Assembly: GCA_027064085.1 (NCBI GenBank)
Contig: JAMOQH010000126.1
Span: 5,040 to 69,039 of the forward strand
Length of the DNA stretch: 64,000 bases
Direction of reading: 5' to 3'
Origin: a bacterium
GTDB taxonomy: Bacteria; UBP6; JAFGXH01
The notes under the pieces are model-generated. The model saw nothing but the letters and a program-made list of their open reading frames with translations. It did not search any database and was not told the origin of the DNA. Shown piece by piece: positions 38,716 through 49,250 of the stretch. Within the stretch, counting starts at the first letter, position 1, and every line of letters starts with the position of its first letter. The position numbers and the translations under genes are program-made.

Positions 38716-40107
38716 TTAAATTATGATTTCTTCTAAGAATAGTAGGGGCTTTGTGTAAATTGTCTGCCCGAATTTTTTATTTGTTGTTGAATATGTTAAA
38801 AATAAATTTTCTTTTGCTCTTGTAATTCCAACATAAAAAAGCCTTCTTTCTTCTTCAATATTAGTATCTTTTCTTAAAAATATTTCTTCTCCCAAATAAG
38901 GAAGAAAAACAGTATTAAATTCTAGTCCTTTTGCACTATGATATGTAATAACTCTAATTCCATTTCCTCTATTATCAAGCTCTAGTTCTATTTTTTCCTC
39001 ATCGCTTAAAGATGTGGTAAACTCTATGTTATTATTTTGTAAGTATGGTATTAATTTTTTAATTTGCGAGTTATATCTCAATAAAATGGCGATAGAGTTG
39101 GAGTTTTTACCCATATTTATAAAAGATTTTAATTTTTCTATAATAAAATAATTTTCTTGATCTTGCTCTAAAAATACTTTTTTCTCTATTATCCCTATAT
39201 CTAAATTTGTATTATCAAGTGTTTTTTTATATCTAAATTTATTGTTTTTTATTAAAGAATTAGCTATTTTTACGATTTTTTTACTTGAACGATAGTTTAT
39301 TAATAATTTTGTTACTTTTGTGCCTTTAAACTGTTCCTCAAAGCGTAATATATTTTCAATTTTAGCATCTCTAAAACCATATATAGATTGGTCATCATCG
39401 CCAACGGCAAAAAGGTTTATTTTATTGTTTAATTTTATAATTTCTTGTATTAAGTTTAGCTGTAGAAGTGATGTATCTTGGTATTCGTCTATTAATATAT
39501 GGGAAAATTTATTTTTAAAAACTTCTCTGAATTTTTTATTGTTTTTTATGTTTTTTATTAAAACTAAGAGCATATTTTCATAATCAATCCTTTTTTGCTT
39601 AATTAATGCTGCTTCATATAATTCATAAGCTTTTTTTAAGAAAACTTCCATAGTATTATTTTTATTGACAACGAGTTCAGTATAAAATAAGCCATTTCTT
39701 TTTAGCTTTTCAATTTGAGCCATAAATGGGTCAATATAAGAACTTTTCAATTGTAATCTCTTAATACTCTCTTCAAAAAACTCTCTTTTTTCTTCTCCTT
39801 GTAAAATTATTGGAGAATAATTAAGCAAATTATATTCATTTATTAGTTTTAATGAAAAAGAGTGAAATGTACCAATATATTTTAAATAAACTCCTATCTT
39901 TTCTATTCTTTCTTCCATTTCAAGTGCTGCTTTATTTGAAAATGTTAATAATGCAATTTTTTTAGGCTCAATTGAGTTTTCTATTGTTAATTTCAATATT
40001 CTATTAATAATAACAGTGGTTTTTCCTGTACCTGCTCCTGCAATTACTAAATTAAATTGACTTTTTGAATTAACTGCTTTTTCTTGTTTTTTATTTAAGT
40101 TTATCAT
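38716..40107 (-). CDS. Short (463 aa) UvrD/PcrA-like superfamily-1 helicase
   Basis: Walker A is AGAGTGKTTVIINRIL. DExx region is ILIDEYQDT. C-terminal motif VGITRAKENLFL. Much shorter than canonical UvrD. Confidence 0.55.
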   Translation of the reverse strand: MINLNKKQEKAVNSKSQFNLVIAGAGTGKTTVIINRILKLTIENSIEPKKIALLTFSNKAALEMEERIEKIGVYLKYIGTFHSFSLKLINEYNLLNYSPIILQGEEKREFFEESIKRLQLKSSYIDPFMAQIEKLKRNGLFYTELVVNKNNTMEVFLKKAYELYEAALIKQKRIDYENMLLVLIKNIKNNKKFREVFKNKFSHILIDEYQDTSLLQLNLIQEIIKLNNKINLFAVGDDDQSIYGFRDAKIENILRFEEQFKGTKVTKLLINYRSSKKIVKIANSLIKNNKFRYKKTLDNTNLDIGIIEKKVFLEQDQENYFIIEKLKSFINMGKNSNSIAILLRYNSQIKKLIPYLQNNNIEFTTSLSDEEKIELELDNRGNGIRVITYHSAKGLEFNTVFLPYLGEEIFLRKDTNIEEERRLFYVGITRAKENLFLTYSTTNKKFGQTIYTKPLLFLEEIII

Positions 40108-41503
40108 TATCTATATCTAGTCTTTTTACCATTTCTACAAATGTCGTTCTTTTAAGCTTTAAAAATTCAGAAGCCTTTTTTTTATTCCAATTAAACTTTT
40201 TTAAAGAATATAGAATAATCTCTTTTTGATAAGATTCCATCATTTTTTTAAAATCAAATTGTTCATTGCTATTAGTATAAAATAATGAATTATAATTGTT
40301 TTCTGAAGATTTATTTATATCTTGAACTATTTTTTTGGGTAAATCTTTAACTTCAACATAACCTTCATCTTTTATAACAGAAATTCTCTCTATCATATTT
40401 TGTAGTTCTCTAACATTACCTGGCCATGAATAATTTATAAAGTAATCTAATGCTTCATGTGTTATTCCTTGAATATTAGTCTCGTATTCTTTGTTGTTTT
40501 CTTCTATGAAAAATGAAACGAGGGCAGGTATGTCAATTTTTCTTTCTCTGAGAGGAGGTAAATTGATTGGGATTACATTTATTCTATAAAATAAATCCTC
40601 TCTAAATTTTTTATCTTTAATTGCTTCTTCAATATTTATATTTGTTGCACTAACAAGCCTGAAATCTATATTTTTAGAGTATTTGCCTCCAACAGGTGTA
40701 ATATTCTTTTCTTGTAAAACTCTTAAGAATTTTACTTGCATATCTAAAGATAATTCGCCTATTTCATCTAAAAAGAGTACTCCCTTATGAGACATTTCTA
40801 TCCTTCCTATTTTATCACTTATTGCTCCAGTAAAAGAGCCTTTTGCGTGTCCAAATAATTCTGATTCTATTAACTCTCTTGGAATCGCTCCACAGTTTAT
40901 TGGAACAAATGGAGCTTCTTTTCTTTTTGATAAACGATGAATCGCTTTGGCAACTAATTCTTTACCAGTACCACTTTCCCCATAAATAAATACTGAAACT
41001 TTTTTATTTGCAATTAGTTCAATAAATTTTATAATTTCAATTATTGGTGATTTTTTACTCATAACCATTTCGGCTTTTTTTATATATTTTACTTTATTAT
41101 TTACTATTGGTTTATTATCATTTTGATTTAATATTAGATTATCATAGCTTTCAAGTCTTTTTAATTCTGTTTCTAATTCATTAAAGGATATAGGTTTTTC
41201 TAAAAAAGCATCAACTTTCCCTTTAATTGCTTTTAAAGTTAATTCAATAGTTATAAATCCAGTAATTAACATAACTTTTATATTAGGATATTTTTTTTTG
41301 GTGTAATTTAATAATTCAATACCATCACTTTCAGGCATAACTATATCACTTACAATAGTATTTATATTATATTTATCTAGAATCTTTTTAGCATCTTTAA
41401 CATTTGAGGCAATAGAAACATTATATCCTATTTTTGATAAAAATTTAGATAAATTTATGCAAATTGTTTGTTCATCATCAACAATTAATATATTTTTTCC
41501 CAT
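40091..41503 (-). CDS. Sigma54-dependent response regulator (NtrC/FlgR-like: receiver + AAA+ sigma54-interaction + Fis-type HTH)
   Basis: Receiver domain with the Asp in IVSDIVMP. GESGTGKELVAKAIH Walker A. GSFTGA (GAFTGA variant). C-terminal ASEFLKLKRTTFVEMVKRL helix-turn-helix. Confidence 0.8.
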   Translation of the reverse strand: MGKNILIVDDEQTICINLSKFLSKIGYNVSIASNVKDAKKILDKYNINTIVSDIVMPESDGIELLNYTKKKYPNIKVMLITGFITIELTLKAIKGKVDAFLEKPISFNELETELKRLESYDNLILNQNDNKPIVNNKVKYIKKAEMVMSKKSPIIEIIKFIELIANKKVSVFIYGESGTGKELVAKAIHRLSKRKEAPFVPINCGAIPRELIESELFGHAKGSFTGAISDKIGRIEMSHKGVLFLDEIGELSLDMQVKFLRVLQEKNITPVGGKYSKNIDFRLVSATNINIEEAIKDKKFREDLFYRINVIPINLPPLRERKIDIPALVSFFIEENNKEYETNIQGITHEALDYFINYSWPGNVRELQNMIERISVIKDEGYVEVKDLPKKIVQDINKSSENNYNSLFYTNSNEQFDFKKMMESYQKEIILYSLKKFNWNKKKASEFLKLKRTTFVEMVKRLDIDNDKLK

Positions 41504-41549
41504 TTCCCCTCCAAAATCATTAAGTGTGTCGGATTTTTGTCAAAAAATA

Positions 41550-42629
41550 TTAATTTTTTTGTTTAAGTTCTAGAACTTCACCATGTTTATGAAAAGCATA
41601 TCCTTTTGTTAAAATTTTGTTCAAAAAGTCATATAATTGTTTTTTTGTTAATTTAGCATCAAAATATCTATTTTTTAGTATAAAATTATATTTTTTTATT
41701 TCTTTTTTAAGATTTTTATAATCTTTATCAAGTATATGTATTTTAGTTTTGCCTTCTATAATTGCTTTTATAAAAGGTTTAACTGAATTCATTCCTTTTA
41801 TTTTTATTTTATCTCCGTTTTTTTTAGCAATATAGGAGTTTCCATTAGTATTATATATCCATACATTTTCTTTTTTTAAAAAAACACTGTATTCAACTGG
41901 TAACTTTTTATTTTTAAAATTCCAACCTGTTAATTTAATTGATATATTGAGATTTTTAAATTTCTTTTCACCTAAATCACCTGATGCAACCAAAGAACCT
42001 TCAATTTTATTTGGTAACTGACTCTCTACTTTATAGAATTCTCTCACTATTGTTTGTTTGTTTGGTAAAGTTTTACCCTTATATGAATAAACTTTATTTA
42101 TCCAGTTTTTATCTAAGTAGAGATATGAAATACTAATATTATTTTTATATGTATCATTATGTATATTTTGAATGAGTGCTTTTAAAGGGTAGCTTCTAGT
42201 TTTACCTGGATAAATAACTGTTTTTAGCTTATGGACTTCTGGAACGGCATGTTCTTTTCTACCAGCTAATTTTTTATTGGAGTAATATTTCATATTAAAT
42301 CTTTTACCTTTCCTAAATTGATGTTTTAAAGCTTTTAAGTATGTTGTCCCTCTATAGTATCTTGTTGTCGTTGGATCGGCAATTTGTATTGCAATAACAG
42401 TAATAGGATATAAGCCCCTATTAGTTATTTGAACTTTAATATCAGTAAGGGTACCTTGAGCTATCGTTTGAGGATATATTAATTTAGCAACAAGGGGATT
42501 ATTTGTATCAATTTTTTCTTTATGCATACAACTTGTTATATTAAATATTAAAAGTATAAAAATAAAGAAAAAATTAAAGTTCTTTTTCAATTTCGATCCT
42601 TTTAATTTGTAGGTATTTTGTTTTTGCAT
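41550..42629 (-). CDS. Hypothetical lipoprotein
   Basis: Lipobox NITSCMH. No recognisable domain. Confidence 0.35.
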   Translation of the reverse strand: MQKQNTYKLKGSKLKKNFNFFFIFILLIFNITSCMHKEKIDTNNPLVAKLIYPQTIAQGTLTDIKVQITNRGLYPITVIAIQIADPTTTRYYRGTTYLKALKHQFRKGKRFNMKYYSNKKLAGRKEHAVPEVHKLKTVIYPGKTRSYPLKALIQNIHNDTYKNNISISYLYLDKNWINKVYSYKGKTLPNKQTIVREFYKVESQLPNKIEGSLVASGDLGEKKFKNLNISIKLTGWNFKNKKLPVEYSVFLKKENVWIYNTNGNSYIAKKNGDKIKIKGMNSVKPFIKAIIEGKTKIHILDKDYKNLKKEIKKYNFILKNRYFDAKLTKKQLYDFLNKILTKGYAFHKHGEVLELKQKN

Positions 42630-43674
42630 TTTCTAACCTCTTTAAAGTTTTTTTAATCCAAAGATTATTCTCTGATAATCTTTCTGACATTGCAATATTT
42701 TCTTCAAATATTGCAATTGCTTTTTTTAATAAGTTTTGTATTCTTATTTTTAATTCTTCTTTATATACAATTTTTTCTTCAAATGTTAATTTTACATTTA
42801 TTTTTGCTTTAACTATTTGATTATAAAATATATCATACATCTCACCTATTCTATAGCCACTTGCTGTTGCCCAGTATTTATCTTTAAAATTCATACTATT
42901 CATATAATAATTTTGTGCTCTTAAAACTAATTCAGACTTTTTATCTAAAATTTTAGTCATTTTTTTCACAGTTCCAATAATTTTTATTTCCTTAAATCTT
43001 TTATGAGTTATTTCGCCTACAAAAAAATACCCCATACTTAAGAAATATCTTTGCTCTCTTGATAAATAGGAAAATATTTTTCTATGTTTCTTAAATTTCC
43101 TATAAGCTTTTAAACTTGTAAATTCAGCATCATCAAATCTATTTTTATGATATAAAGCAACTTCATAGCGAATAGATAATTCAATATAATCCCATTTATT
43201 ATCTATAAAATTAAATTTTTTATAATATTTATCTAGTAATTCATTTATTTTAGTCCATTTTTTGTTTTTTCCATATATTTCTGTGATATTTATTATAATA
43301 TCTATTAAAAATTGCTTATCTATATTTTTGTTTTTTAATAAATTTAGGTAAATTTCCAAAGATTTATCAAATTTGTTCATTTTGTAATATGTTACTGCAA
43401 TATTATAGTTTAATAATGGTTTATCTTCTTTAGAAATTATAGTTTTTAACTTATTATAAGTTAAAAGTGCATTTTTGTAGTCATTTGATAATACAAAGTC
43501 ATTAGCTTTTTTAAATAGTTCAGATAGTGAAAGTATTTTATCTTTTTTTACAATGAGTGGTTCCATCTCAATTATTTCTTCTTGAACAGTTGAATCAAGG
43601 TGTTTTTTTTTAATAGTTTTATGGTTACAAGAAGATAATATAAAAATTAAGAATAAAATTATTAGCTTATTCAT
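42574..43674 (-). CDS. TPR-repeat lipoprotein
   Basis: Lipobox ILSSCNH. Multiple TPR-like helical pairs (ALLTYNKLK..., LEIYLNLLK...). Confidence 0.45.
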   Translation of the reverse strand: MNKLIILFLIFILSSCNHKTIKKKHLDSTVQEEIIEMEPLIVKKDKILSLSELFKKANDFVLSNDYKNALLTYNKLKTIISKEDKPLLNYNIAVTYYKMNKFDKSLEIYLNLLKNKNIDKQFLIDIIINITEIYGKNKKWTKINELLDKYYKKFNFIDNKWDYIELSIRYEVALYHKNRFDDAEFTSLKAYRKFKKHRKIFSYLSREQRYFLSMGYFFVGEITHKRFKEIKIIGTVKKMTKILDKKSELVLRAQNYYMNSMNFKDKYWATASGYRIGEMYDIFYNQIVKAKINVKLTFEEKIVYKEELKIRIQNLLKKAIAIFEENIAMSERLSENNLWIKKTLKRLENAKTKYLQIKRIEIEKEL

Positions 43675-43706
43675 ATAGTTAATACTCTCAATGAATAATT
43701 TTAAAA

Positions 43707-43781
43707 TGCCCTAGGCAGGGATTGAACCTGCGGCAGACGCGGTTTAGGAAACCACCGCTCTATCCACTGAGCTACTAGGGC
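43707..43781 (-). tRNA. tRNA-Arg (anticodon CCU)
   Basis: The minus strand folds as acceptor stem GCCCTAG/CTAGGGC, D-arm GCTC-AGTGGATA-GAGC, anticodon stem GTGGT/ACCGC with loop TTCCTAA, and T-arm GCAGG-TTCAATC-CCTGC. The block is GC-rich within an AT-rich background. CCA is not encoded. Confidence 0.7.
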
Positions 43782-43785
43782 TAAT

Positions 43786-45702
43786 ATGAGGATAATACAA
43801 AATCTTGATATAAGTGTCAAGATTTTTAATTATTATTTGACAAGTGAGGCAGATTCATATTATCATAGCTCGTATATAAAATTAGGAGGCCAAATAATGG
43901 TATATGAAGGAATTTATAAGAACTTAAATGAAATGTTTCAAAAAAGGGTTGAAAAGAACCCATCTGGTACCGCTTTAATGAATAAAGTGGACGGTAAATG
44001 GGAACATACAAGCTGGGCTGAATATTATGAAGCATCAAAAAATATTGGTATGGCTTTAAGAGAGTTGGGATTTAAGAAAGGTGAAAAGGTGGCTCTTCTT
44101 TCTAACTCTAGAATAGAATGGGTTATGGCTGATATGGGAATTGTTGGAGTTGGAGGTGCAACTGTTGCTATATATCAATCTAATACATCAGAAGAATGTG
44201 AGTATATTTTAGATAATAGTGATAGTTCTTTTGTATTTTTAGAAGATTTATCTCAATTAGAAAAAATGAAAGAAATTAAGGGGAATTTACCACTTTTAAG
44301 AAAAGCGATACTGTTTTCTGGTAAAAATAGTGATAATTTAGATTGGGTAATGACTCTTGATGAATTAATTGAAATTGGCCAGAAGCATGATTTGGAAGAA
44401 TTTAAGAAAATTGGTTTAGAGATTCAAGATACTGATGCGGCTGGTTTTATTTATACATCTGGAACAACAGGAAATCCTAAAGGTGCAATAATTACACACA
44501 AATCTTTACTTGCAGATGCAGAAGGTATAGTAAATGTAATTACCAAAAACAATGAAATCAAAGAGGGGGATGATACATTAATGTTCTTGCCTTTAGCACA
44601 TGTTTTTGCTAAAATTATTCATATTTTAACTATTTATCATGGAGTAAGAACTTCATTTGCTGAAAGTATTCCCAAATTAGTTGATAATATTGGAGAAACT
44701 AGGCCTCACTTAATGGGTAGTGTTCCTAGAATTTATGAAAAGGTTTATGCTAAAATTATTGGTGATGTAGAAACTGCTGGTGGTCTTAAAAAGAAAATCT
44801 TTTATTGGAGTTTAGGTGTTGGCCGAGAAGTTTCTCAAGCTATTCAAGCCAACAAGTCACTATCTCCTATTTTGAATGCAAAATATAAAATAGCTCAAAA
44901 GTTGGTTTTTAATAAACTAAAAGATAAATTTGGAGGAAGATTAAAATTCTTTGTTTCAAGTGGTGCTCCATTAGCAAAAGAAATAGCAGAATTTTTTCAT
45001 GCTGCGGGTATATTGATTCTAGAAGCTTATGGCTTAACTGAAGTTTCAGGAGCAATGACTCTTAACTTACCGGATCATTTTAAATTTGGAACAGTTGGGC
45101 CGGCAATGACTACGGTAGATGTTAAAATTGCTAGTGATGGAGAAGTTCTCTGTAAAGGCCCCATCGTAATGGACGGCTATTTTAAAAGACCGGAAGCAAC
45201 AGCTGAAGCTATTGATAAAGATGGATGGTTTCATACTGGGGATATTGGAGAACTAGATAGTGATGGTTTTTTAAAAATTACAGATAGAAAAAAAGATATT
45301 ATTGTTACTGCTGCAGGTAAAAATATTGCGCCTCAAAATCTTGAGAATTATATGAAAGGCGATAGACATATTAGTCAAATAATTGTTTTAGGTGATAAAA
45401 AGAAATATTTGGTTGCATTATTAAATATAAACAATGAAGAAGTTGCTAAGTTTGCAAATAAAAATAATATTCCATATAAAAACAACGAAGAGTTAGCTGC
45501 ACACCCTAAAGTTGTAGAATTCATAGAAGGAATTATAAATGAGAAGAATAAAGAACTTCCTAGTTATAATACTATTAAATATTTTAGAATTGTTGCACAA
45601 GAATTTAGTGTTGAAACAGGAGAATTAACTCCTACTCTTAAAGTTAAAAGAAAGTATTGTACCCAAAAATATAATGACTTAATTGAGGCTATGTACCAAT
45701 AG
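43786..45702 (+). CDS. AMP-dependent synthetase/ligase (long-chain-fatty-acid--CoA ligase-like)
   Basis: IYTSGTTGNPKGA AMP-binding P-loop. 638 aa. C-terminal FACS-type domain. Confidence 0.8.
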   Translation: MRIIQNLDISVKIFNYYLTSEADSYYHSSYIKLGGQIMVYEGIYKNLNEMFQKRVEKNPSGTALMNKVDGKWEHTSWAEYYEASKNIGMALRELGFKKGEKVALLSNSRIEWVMADMGIVGVGGATVAIYQSNTSEECEYILDNSDSSFVFLEDLSQLEKMKEIKGNLPLLRKAILFSGKNSDNLDWVMTLDELIEIGQKHDLEEFKKIGLEIQDTDAAGFIYTSGTTGNPKGAIITHKSLLADAEGIVNVITKNNEIKEGDDTLMFLPLAHVFAKIIHILTIYHGVRTSFAESIPKLVDNIGETRPHLMGSVPRIYEKVYAKIIGDVETAGGLKKKIFYWSLGVGREVSQAIQANKSLSPILNAKYKIAQKLVFNKLKDKFGGRLKFFVSSGAPLAKEIAEFFHAAGILILEAYGLTEVSGAMTLNLPDHFKFGTVGPAMTTVDVKIASDGEVLCKGPIVMDGYFKRPEATAEAIDKDGWFHTGDIGELDSDGFLKITDRKKDIIVTAAGKNIAPQNLENYMKGDRHISQIIVLGDKKKYLVALLNINNEEVAKFANKNNIPYKNNEELAAHPKVVEFIEGIINEKNKELPSYNTIKYFRIVAQEFSVETGELTPTLKVKRKYCTQKYNDLIEAMYQ

Positions 45703-45819
45703 GCAAAGCTAAGTTACTGTAAAAATAAATTTATGTCTAATAATTACTGAGCTTTATTGTTATCATTTGCAATTTAATTTAATTTAATATAAAATGTATT
45801 GTTACTTTTAGGAGGCCTA

Positions 45820-46113
45820 ATGAAGTCTTTTCTTTTTCTTTTAGTATTTATTCTTTTTGCATCATTTTTATCTTCATGTACTTCAAAAGAAGATAGATGT
45901 GAACAAATTGCTTTTGCAATGATGAAACAAAATGCAATAACTGCATCAAAATATCGTTCTCAGGCTGTACAAAGGCAATGTGTAAAACATTATGATGACA
46001 GAGGATATGGTGATTGGCGTTCATGTATGCTTAGTGCAGAAGACTCCTTAAAAGAGATGCAAGAATGTAAAATTCCGCCATTTATAAGTATGGCACTTTT
46101 AAATGATATATAA
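45820..46113 (+). CDS. Small Cys-containing lipoprotein (97 aa)
   Basis: AGGAGG Shine-Dalgarno 8 nt before the ATG at 45820 (the track ORF begins at an upstream TTG). Lipobox FLSSCTS. Confidence 0.4.
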   Translation: MKSFLFLLVFILFASFLSSCTSKEDRCEQIAFAMMKQNAITASKYRSQAVQRQCVKHYDDRGYGDWRSCMLSAEDSLKEMQECKIPPFISMALLNDI

Positions 46114-46125
46114 AAAAGGAGGAGT

Positions 46126-48480
46126 ATGAAAATAGTTATATTGGTATTAATAAGTATATTTTCGGTATTTTTATCTAGTTGTGGAGGAGATAATACTTCT
46201 AAAACTGAAAAAAAATGTGAGCCTGCGTGTCAGGAATGGAAAGCTTGTAATAATGGTCACTGTGAGTTAAGGCTTGATAGATGTGATACCAATAAGGATT
46301 GTGAGGATAGAAATGATAATAAAATCAGTTGTAATACTGAACTACATGAATGTGTTAAAGAAAATGATACACCTATATGTACTGCAAATGAAAAAAGATG
46401 TAATGAAAATAAGCTAGAAACCTGTAATTTAGAGGGAACTGCATGGGATTTAACAGAAGATTGTGTTCAAGATAATAAAACTTGTGATATTGAAACTTTT
46501 ACTTGTAAAGTAAAGCAAGATACTTGTATAGGTATGTCATTTGATACAATTGAGGTGAAGCGATATAAAAATGAGCTTATTGGTATTAATGGAGAGTATC
46601 AGTTAACAATAGGTTTTTATGATGCAGATTCTCCTGTTGGTGTATATGATTTAGGAGAAAGTAATAATAAAAACTATTCTACATGTAATCAGTGTACTAC
46701 GGTTAGTAAATTTAATGGGGAAGAACTTGATAAAACATTTTTTCAAGTGTCTGGTTCTTTAGAAATAACTGAAGGTGATGGGAAAACCGGGGAATCAGTT
46801 GGAGAGATAACAAATATAAAATTAACAGAAGTTACTATAGAAGACGGAACATTTATTTCAACTTCCGTAGAAAATGGGGAATGTATTGAAATTGAGACAG
46901 GAGCACAATGGAAATGGAATACATTATGTACTCAAGGAAATAAAAGGTGTAATTCAGACGATAATACAATTGAAGTTTGCCAAGCAGACCATTCATGGGC
47001 AGTTGAAACGGCTTGTTTAGAAACCGAAGAATGTACCATAGATGTTGATAATGGAATTTATTGTAAAGCTTCTTATTGTGTTGTTGGTGATAAAAGATGT
47101 AATGATAATGGTAATGTTCAAATATGCAAAGAAGACAATAATGGTAATTTTTGGGATATATTTGAGAACTGTACAAATGGAACAGTTTGTGAAGATGTTG
47201 GTTTTACATGTGTTGAACCTCCTTGTACAAATGGGGATAAAAAATGTAATGCTGATAATACAGGAGTAAAAACTTGTATAAATAATTCATGGGAAGAAGA
47301 ATTATGTGCTATTGATAGTGGTGAAATATGTATGGGAACAGGAAGTTTGGTAACATGTGGGATACCATCATCAGATGCAAATTGGGTGAAAGTTAGTGCA
47401 AATAGTGTTCAGTCATGTGGGATAAAAAGTGTTGCTGGAGTGAACAAATTATATTGCTGGGGAACAGGAAGTTTTGGAAGACTCGGAAATGGAACTGATG
47501 AAAATAAATTAACTCCAACAGAAGTAAATATTACTGAAAATAGTGGCTGGACAGATGTTTCTGTTGGTGGATATCATGCCTGCGGATTAAAAAACGGCAA
47601 AATTTATTGCTGGGGTAAAAATGATAAAGGACAACTAGGAACGGGTAATTATACTGATTCAAATATTCCTGTTGAAATTAGTGGAGATAATACCGGATAT
47701 CTTGATGTAGAAAGTGGGGGATACCATAGTTGTGGTATTAAGGCAAATGGAAAATTATACTGTTGGGGTAGAAATGACAACGGGCAGATTGGCAATGATT
47801 CTCTTGATAATGTTACAACTCCTATTGAAATACCTGGAAATTGGATAAATGTTTCTTTAGGGGATAAGCATAGTTGTGGGATACAAGATATTAATGGAGT
47901 AAATACGCTTTATTGTTGGGGGTATAATTCTTATGGAAGGCTAGGTATAGATAGTGATAGTGTAATAGAATTTAAAATACCACAGAAAGTTTATGGAACT
48001 AATGGTGATACACTAAATAAAGATTGGACTAGTGTTTATGTGGGGCATGATAGTAGTTGTGCAATTAAAACAACAGGTAAAATGTATTGTTGGGGGCATG
48101 GAAATAATCATAAATTAGGAACAGGAAATACTGATAATCAGCAAATACCAACTGAAATTACTGGAGAAAACTGGGTTAGTGCGGGGATAGGTTACAGTCA
48201 TATTTGTGGGATTAAAAATCTTAGTGGTGTTAAAACTGCTTTTTGCTGGGGTAAAGCTACAAATGGAAGGCTAGGGCTTAATAGTGAAACTGAAATGAAT
48301 ACTCCTACTCAATTAACTTTAACTGGTTGGACTGAAATAACAGCAGGATTAAGCCATACTTGTGGGATAAAAGAAGAAAATGGTGGTAAAATGCAATTAT
48401 ACTGTTGGGGAAAAGCTTCAAGTGGAAGATTAGGAACAGGTAATGAAGATGATAAATGGATTCCTGCTTTAATTCCTTAG
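46126..48480 (+). CDS. Secreted RCC1/BLIP-II beta-propeller lipoprotein with four N-terminal Cys-rich ~45-aa repeats
   Basis: Lipobox LSSCGG. Repeats of the form [N/G][E/D]K[R/K]CN..N......C.......W....E.C......C. Seven RCC1 blades (YCWG.N..GQLG..). Confidence 0.7.
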   Translation: MKIVILVLISIFSVFLSSCGGDNTSKTEKKCEPACQEWKACNNGHCELRLDRCDTNKDCEDRNDNKISCNTELHECVKENDTPICTANEKRCNENKLETCNLEGTAWDLTEDCVQDNKTCDIETFTCKVKQDTCIGMSFDTIEVKRYKNELIGINGEYQLTIGFYDADSPVGVYDLGESNNKNYSTCNQCTTVSKFNGEELDKTFFQVSGSLEITEGDGKTGESVGEITNIKLTEVTIEDGTFISTSVENGECIEIETGAQWKWNTLCTQGNKRCNSDDNTIEVCQADHSWAVETACLETEECTIDVDNGIYCKASYCVVGDKRCNDNGNVQICKEDNNGNFWDIFENCTNGTVCEDVGFTCVEPPCTNGDKKCNADNTGVKTCINNSWEEELCAIDSGEICMGTGSLVTCGIPSSDANWVKVSANSVQSCGIKSVAGVNKLYCWGTGSFGRLGNGTDENKLTPTEVNITENSGWTDVSVGGYHACGLKNGKIYCWGKNDKGQLGTGNYTDSNIPVEISGDNTGYLDVESGGYHSCGIKANGKLYCWGRNDNGQIGNDSLDNVTTPIEIPGNWINVSLGDKHSCGIQDINGVNTLYCWGYNSYGRLGIDSDSVIEFKIPQKVYGTNGDTLNKDWTSVYVGHDSSCAIKTTGKMYCWGHGNNHKLGTGNTDNQQIPTEITGENWVSAGIGYSHICGIKNLSGVKTAFCWGKATNGRLGLNSETEMNTPTQLTLTGWTEITAGLSHTCGIKEENGGKMQLYCWGKASSGRLGTGNEDDKWIPALIP

Positions 48481-48549
48481 TTTTTATGGCATTTCAAAGC
48501 CTTAAAAGTCTTTTCCATGCAAAAAAGTAACTAGCAAAGCTATTTCTTT

Positions 48550-49110
48550 TTAATTTATAATTTTTTTCAATGATTTATAGACATTTTCATAGTTTTGGGC
48601 ATCACTATCAGAATCTAATATAACTCTTAAAAAGTCATCATTTAGAAATTTAACATAAAATGATTTAATGTATGGATAAGAATAAGATTTATTAATATAT
48701 GGATAGATGTATTTTTTACTTGGTGTTAGTTGCATGAAAATATATAAAGAAAATGTTATTAATATTATAACTTCAGGAATAATTAAAATTAATTTTACAC
48801 TTTTTTTAACTCGTTTATTTTCTATATATTTTTTGCCAAATTTAGAAATTAATTTTCTTAAAGAAAATAATATTAATAAATTAAATAAAAATCCAATTAT
48901 TATTGTTGTTGTATGAGTATCAGGTTTTATTATATATAGTTTTTGTAAAAATAACCCTATTTTGTTAGAAAACCTTGCACTTGTACTTAATATTATAAAA
49001 ATTTGAACATAATCTAGTAATCTTGTGTGAATTTCTTTTTTATAGCTGTAAATAATCAGGTATATTGTTATAATTAAAAAAAATATATCTATGATAAAAT
49101 AGAATTTCAA
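48550..49110 (-). CDS. Hypothetical integral membrane protein
   Basis: 186 aa with 4-5 predicted TM helices. Confidence 0.3.
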   Translation of the reverse strand: MKFYFIIDIFFLIITIYLIIYSYKKEIHTRLLDYVQIFIILSTSARFSNKIGLFLQKLYIIKPDTHTTTIIIGFLFNLLILFSLRKLISKFGKKYIENKRVKKSVKLILIIPEVIILITFSLYIFMQLTPSKKYIYPYINKSYSYPYIKSFYVKFLNDDFLRVILDSDSDAQNYENVYKSLKKIIN

Positions 49111-49250
49111 TTAGCCTCACTCAAGAAAGATACTATACTAACATAAATTAATGTAAAATATCAAAAAAGAAACAGTTTACTGGTTATTTTTTTAATAGTG
49201 AAGATATAGAAGTAAGGCTAGTACTTACATCTATAGCTAAACGATATAAA

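Noticed and set aside
45799-45819. Track ORF start at a TTG 21 nt upstream of the lipoprotein ATG
   Set aside because: The six-frame track accepts TTG as a start. The AGGAGG at 45806-45811 is positioned for the ATG at 45820, not for 45799.
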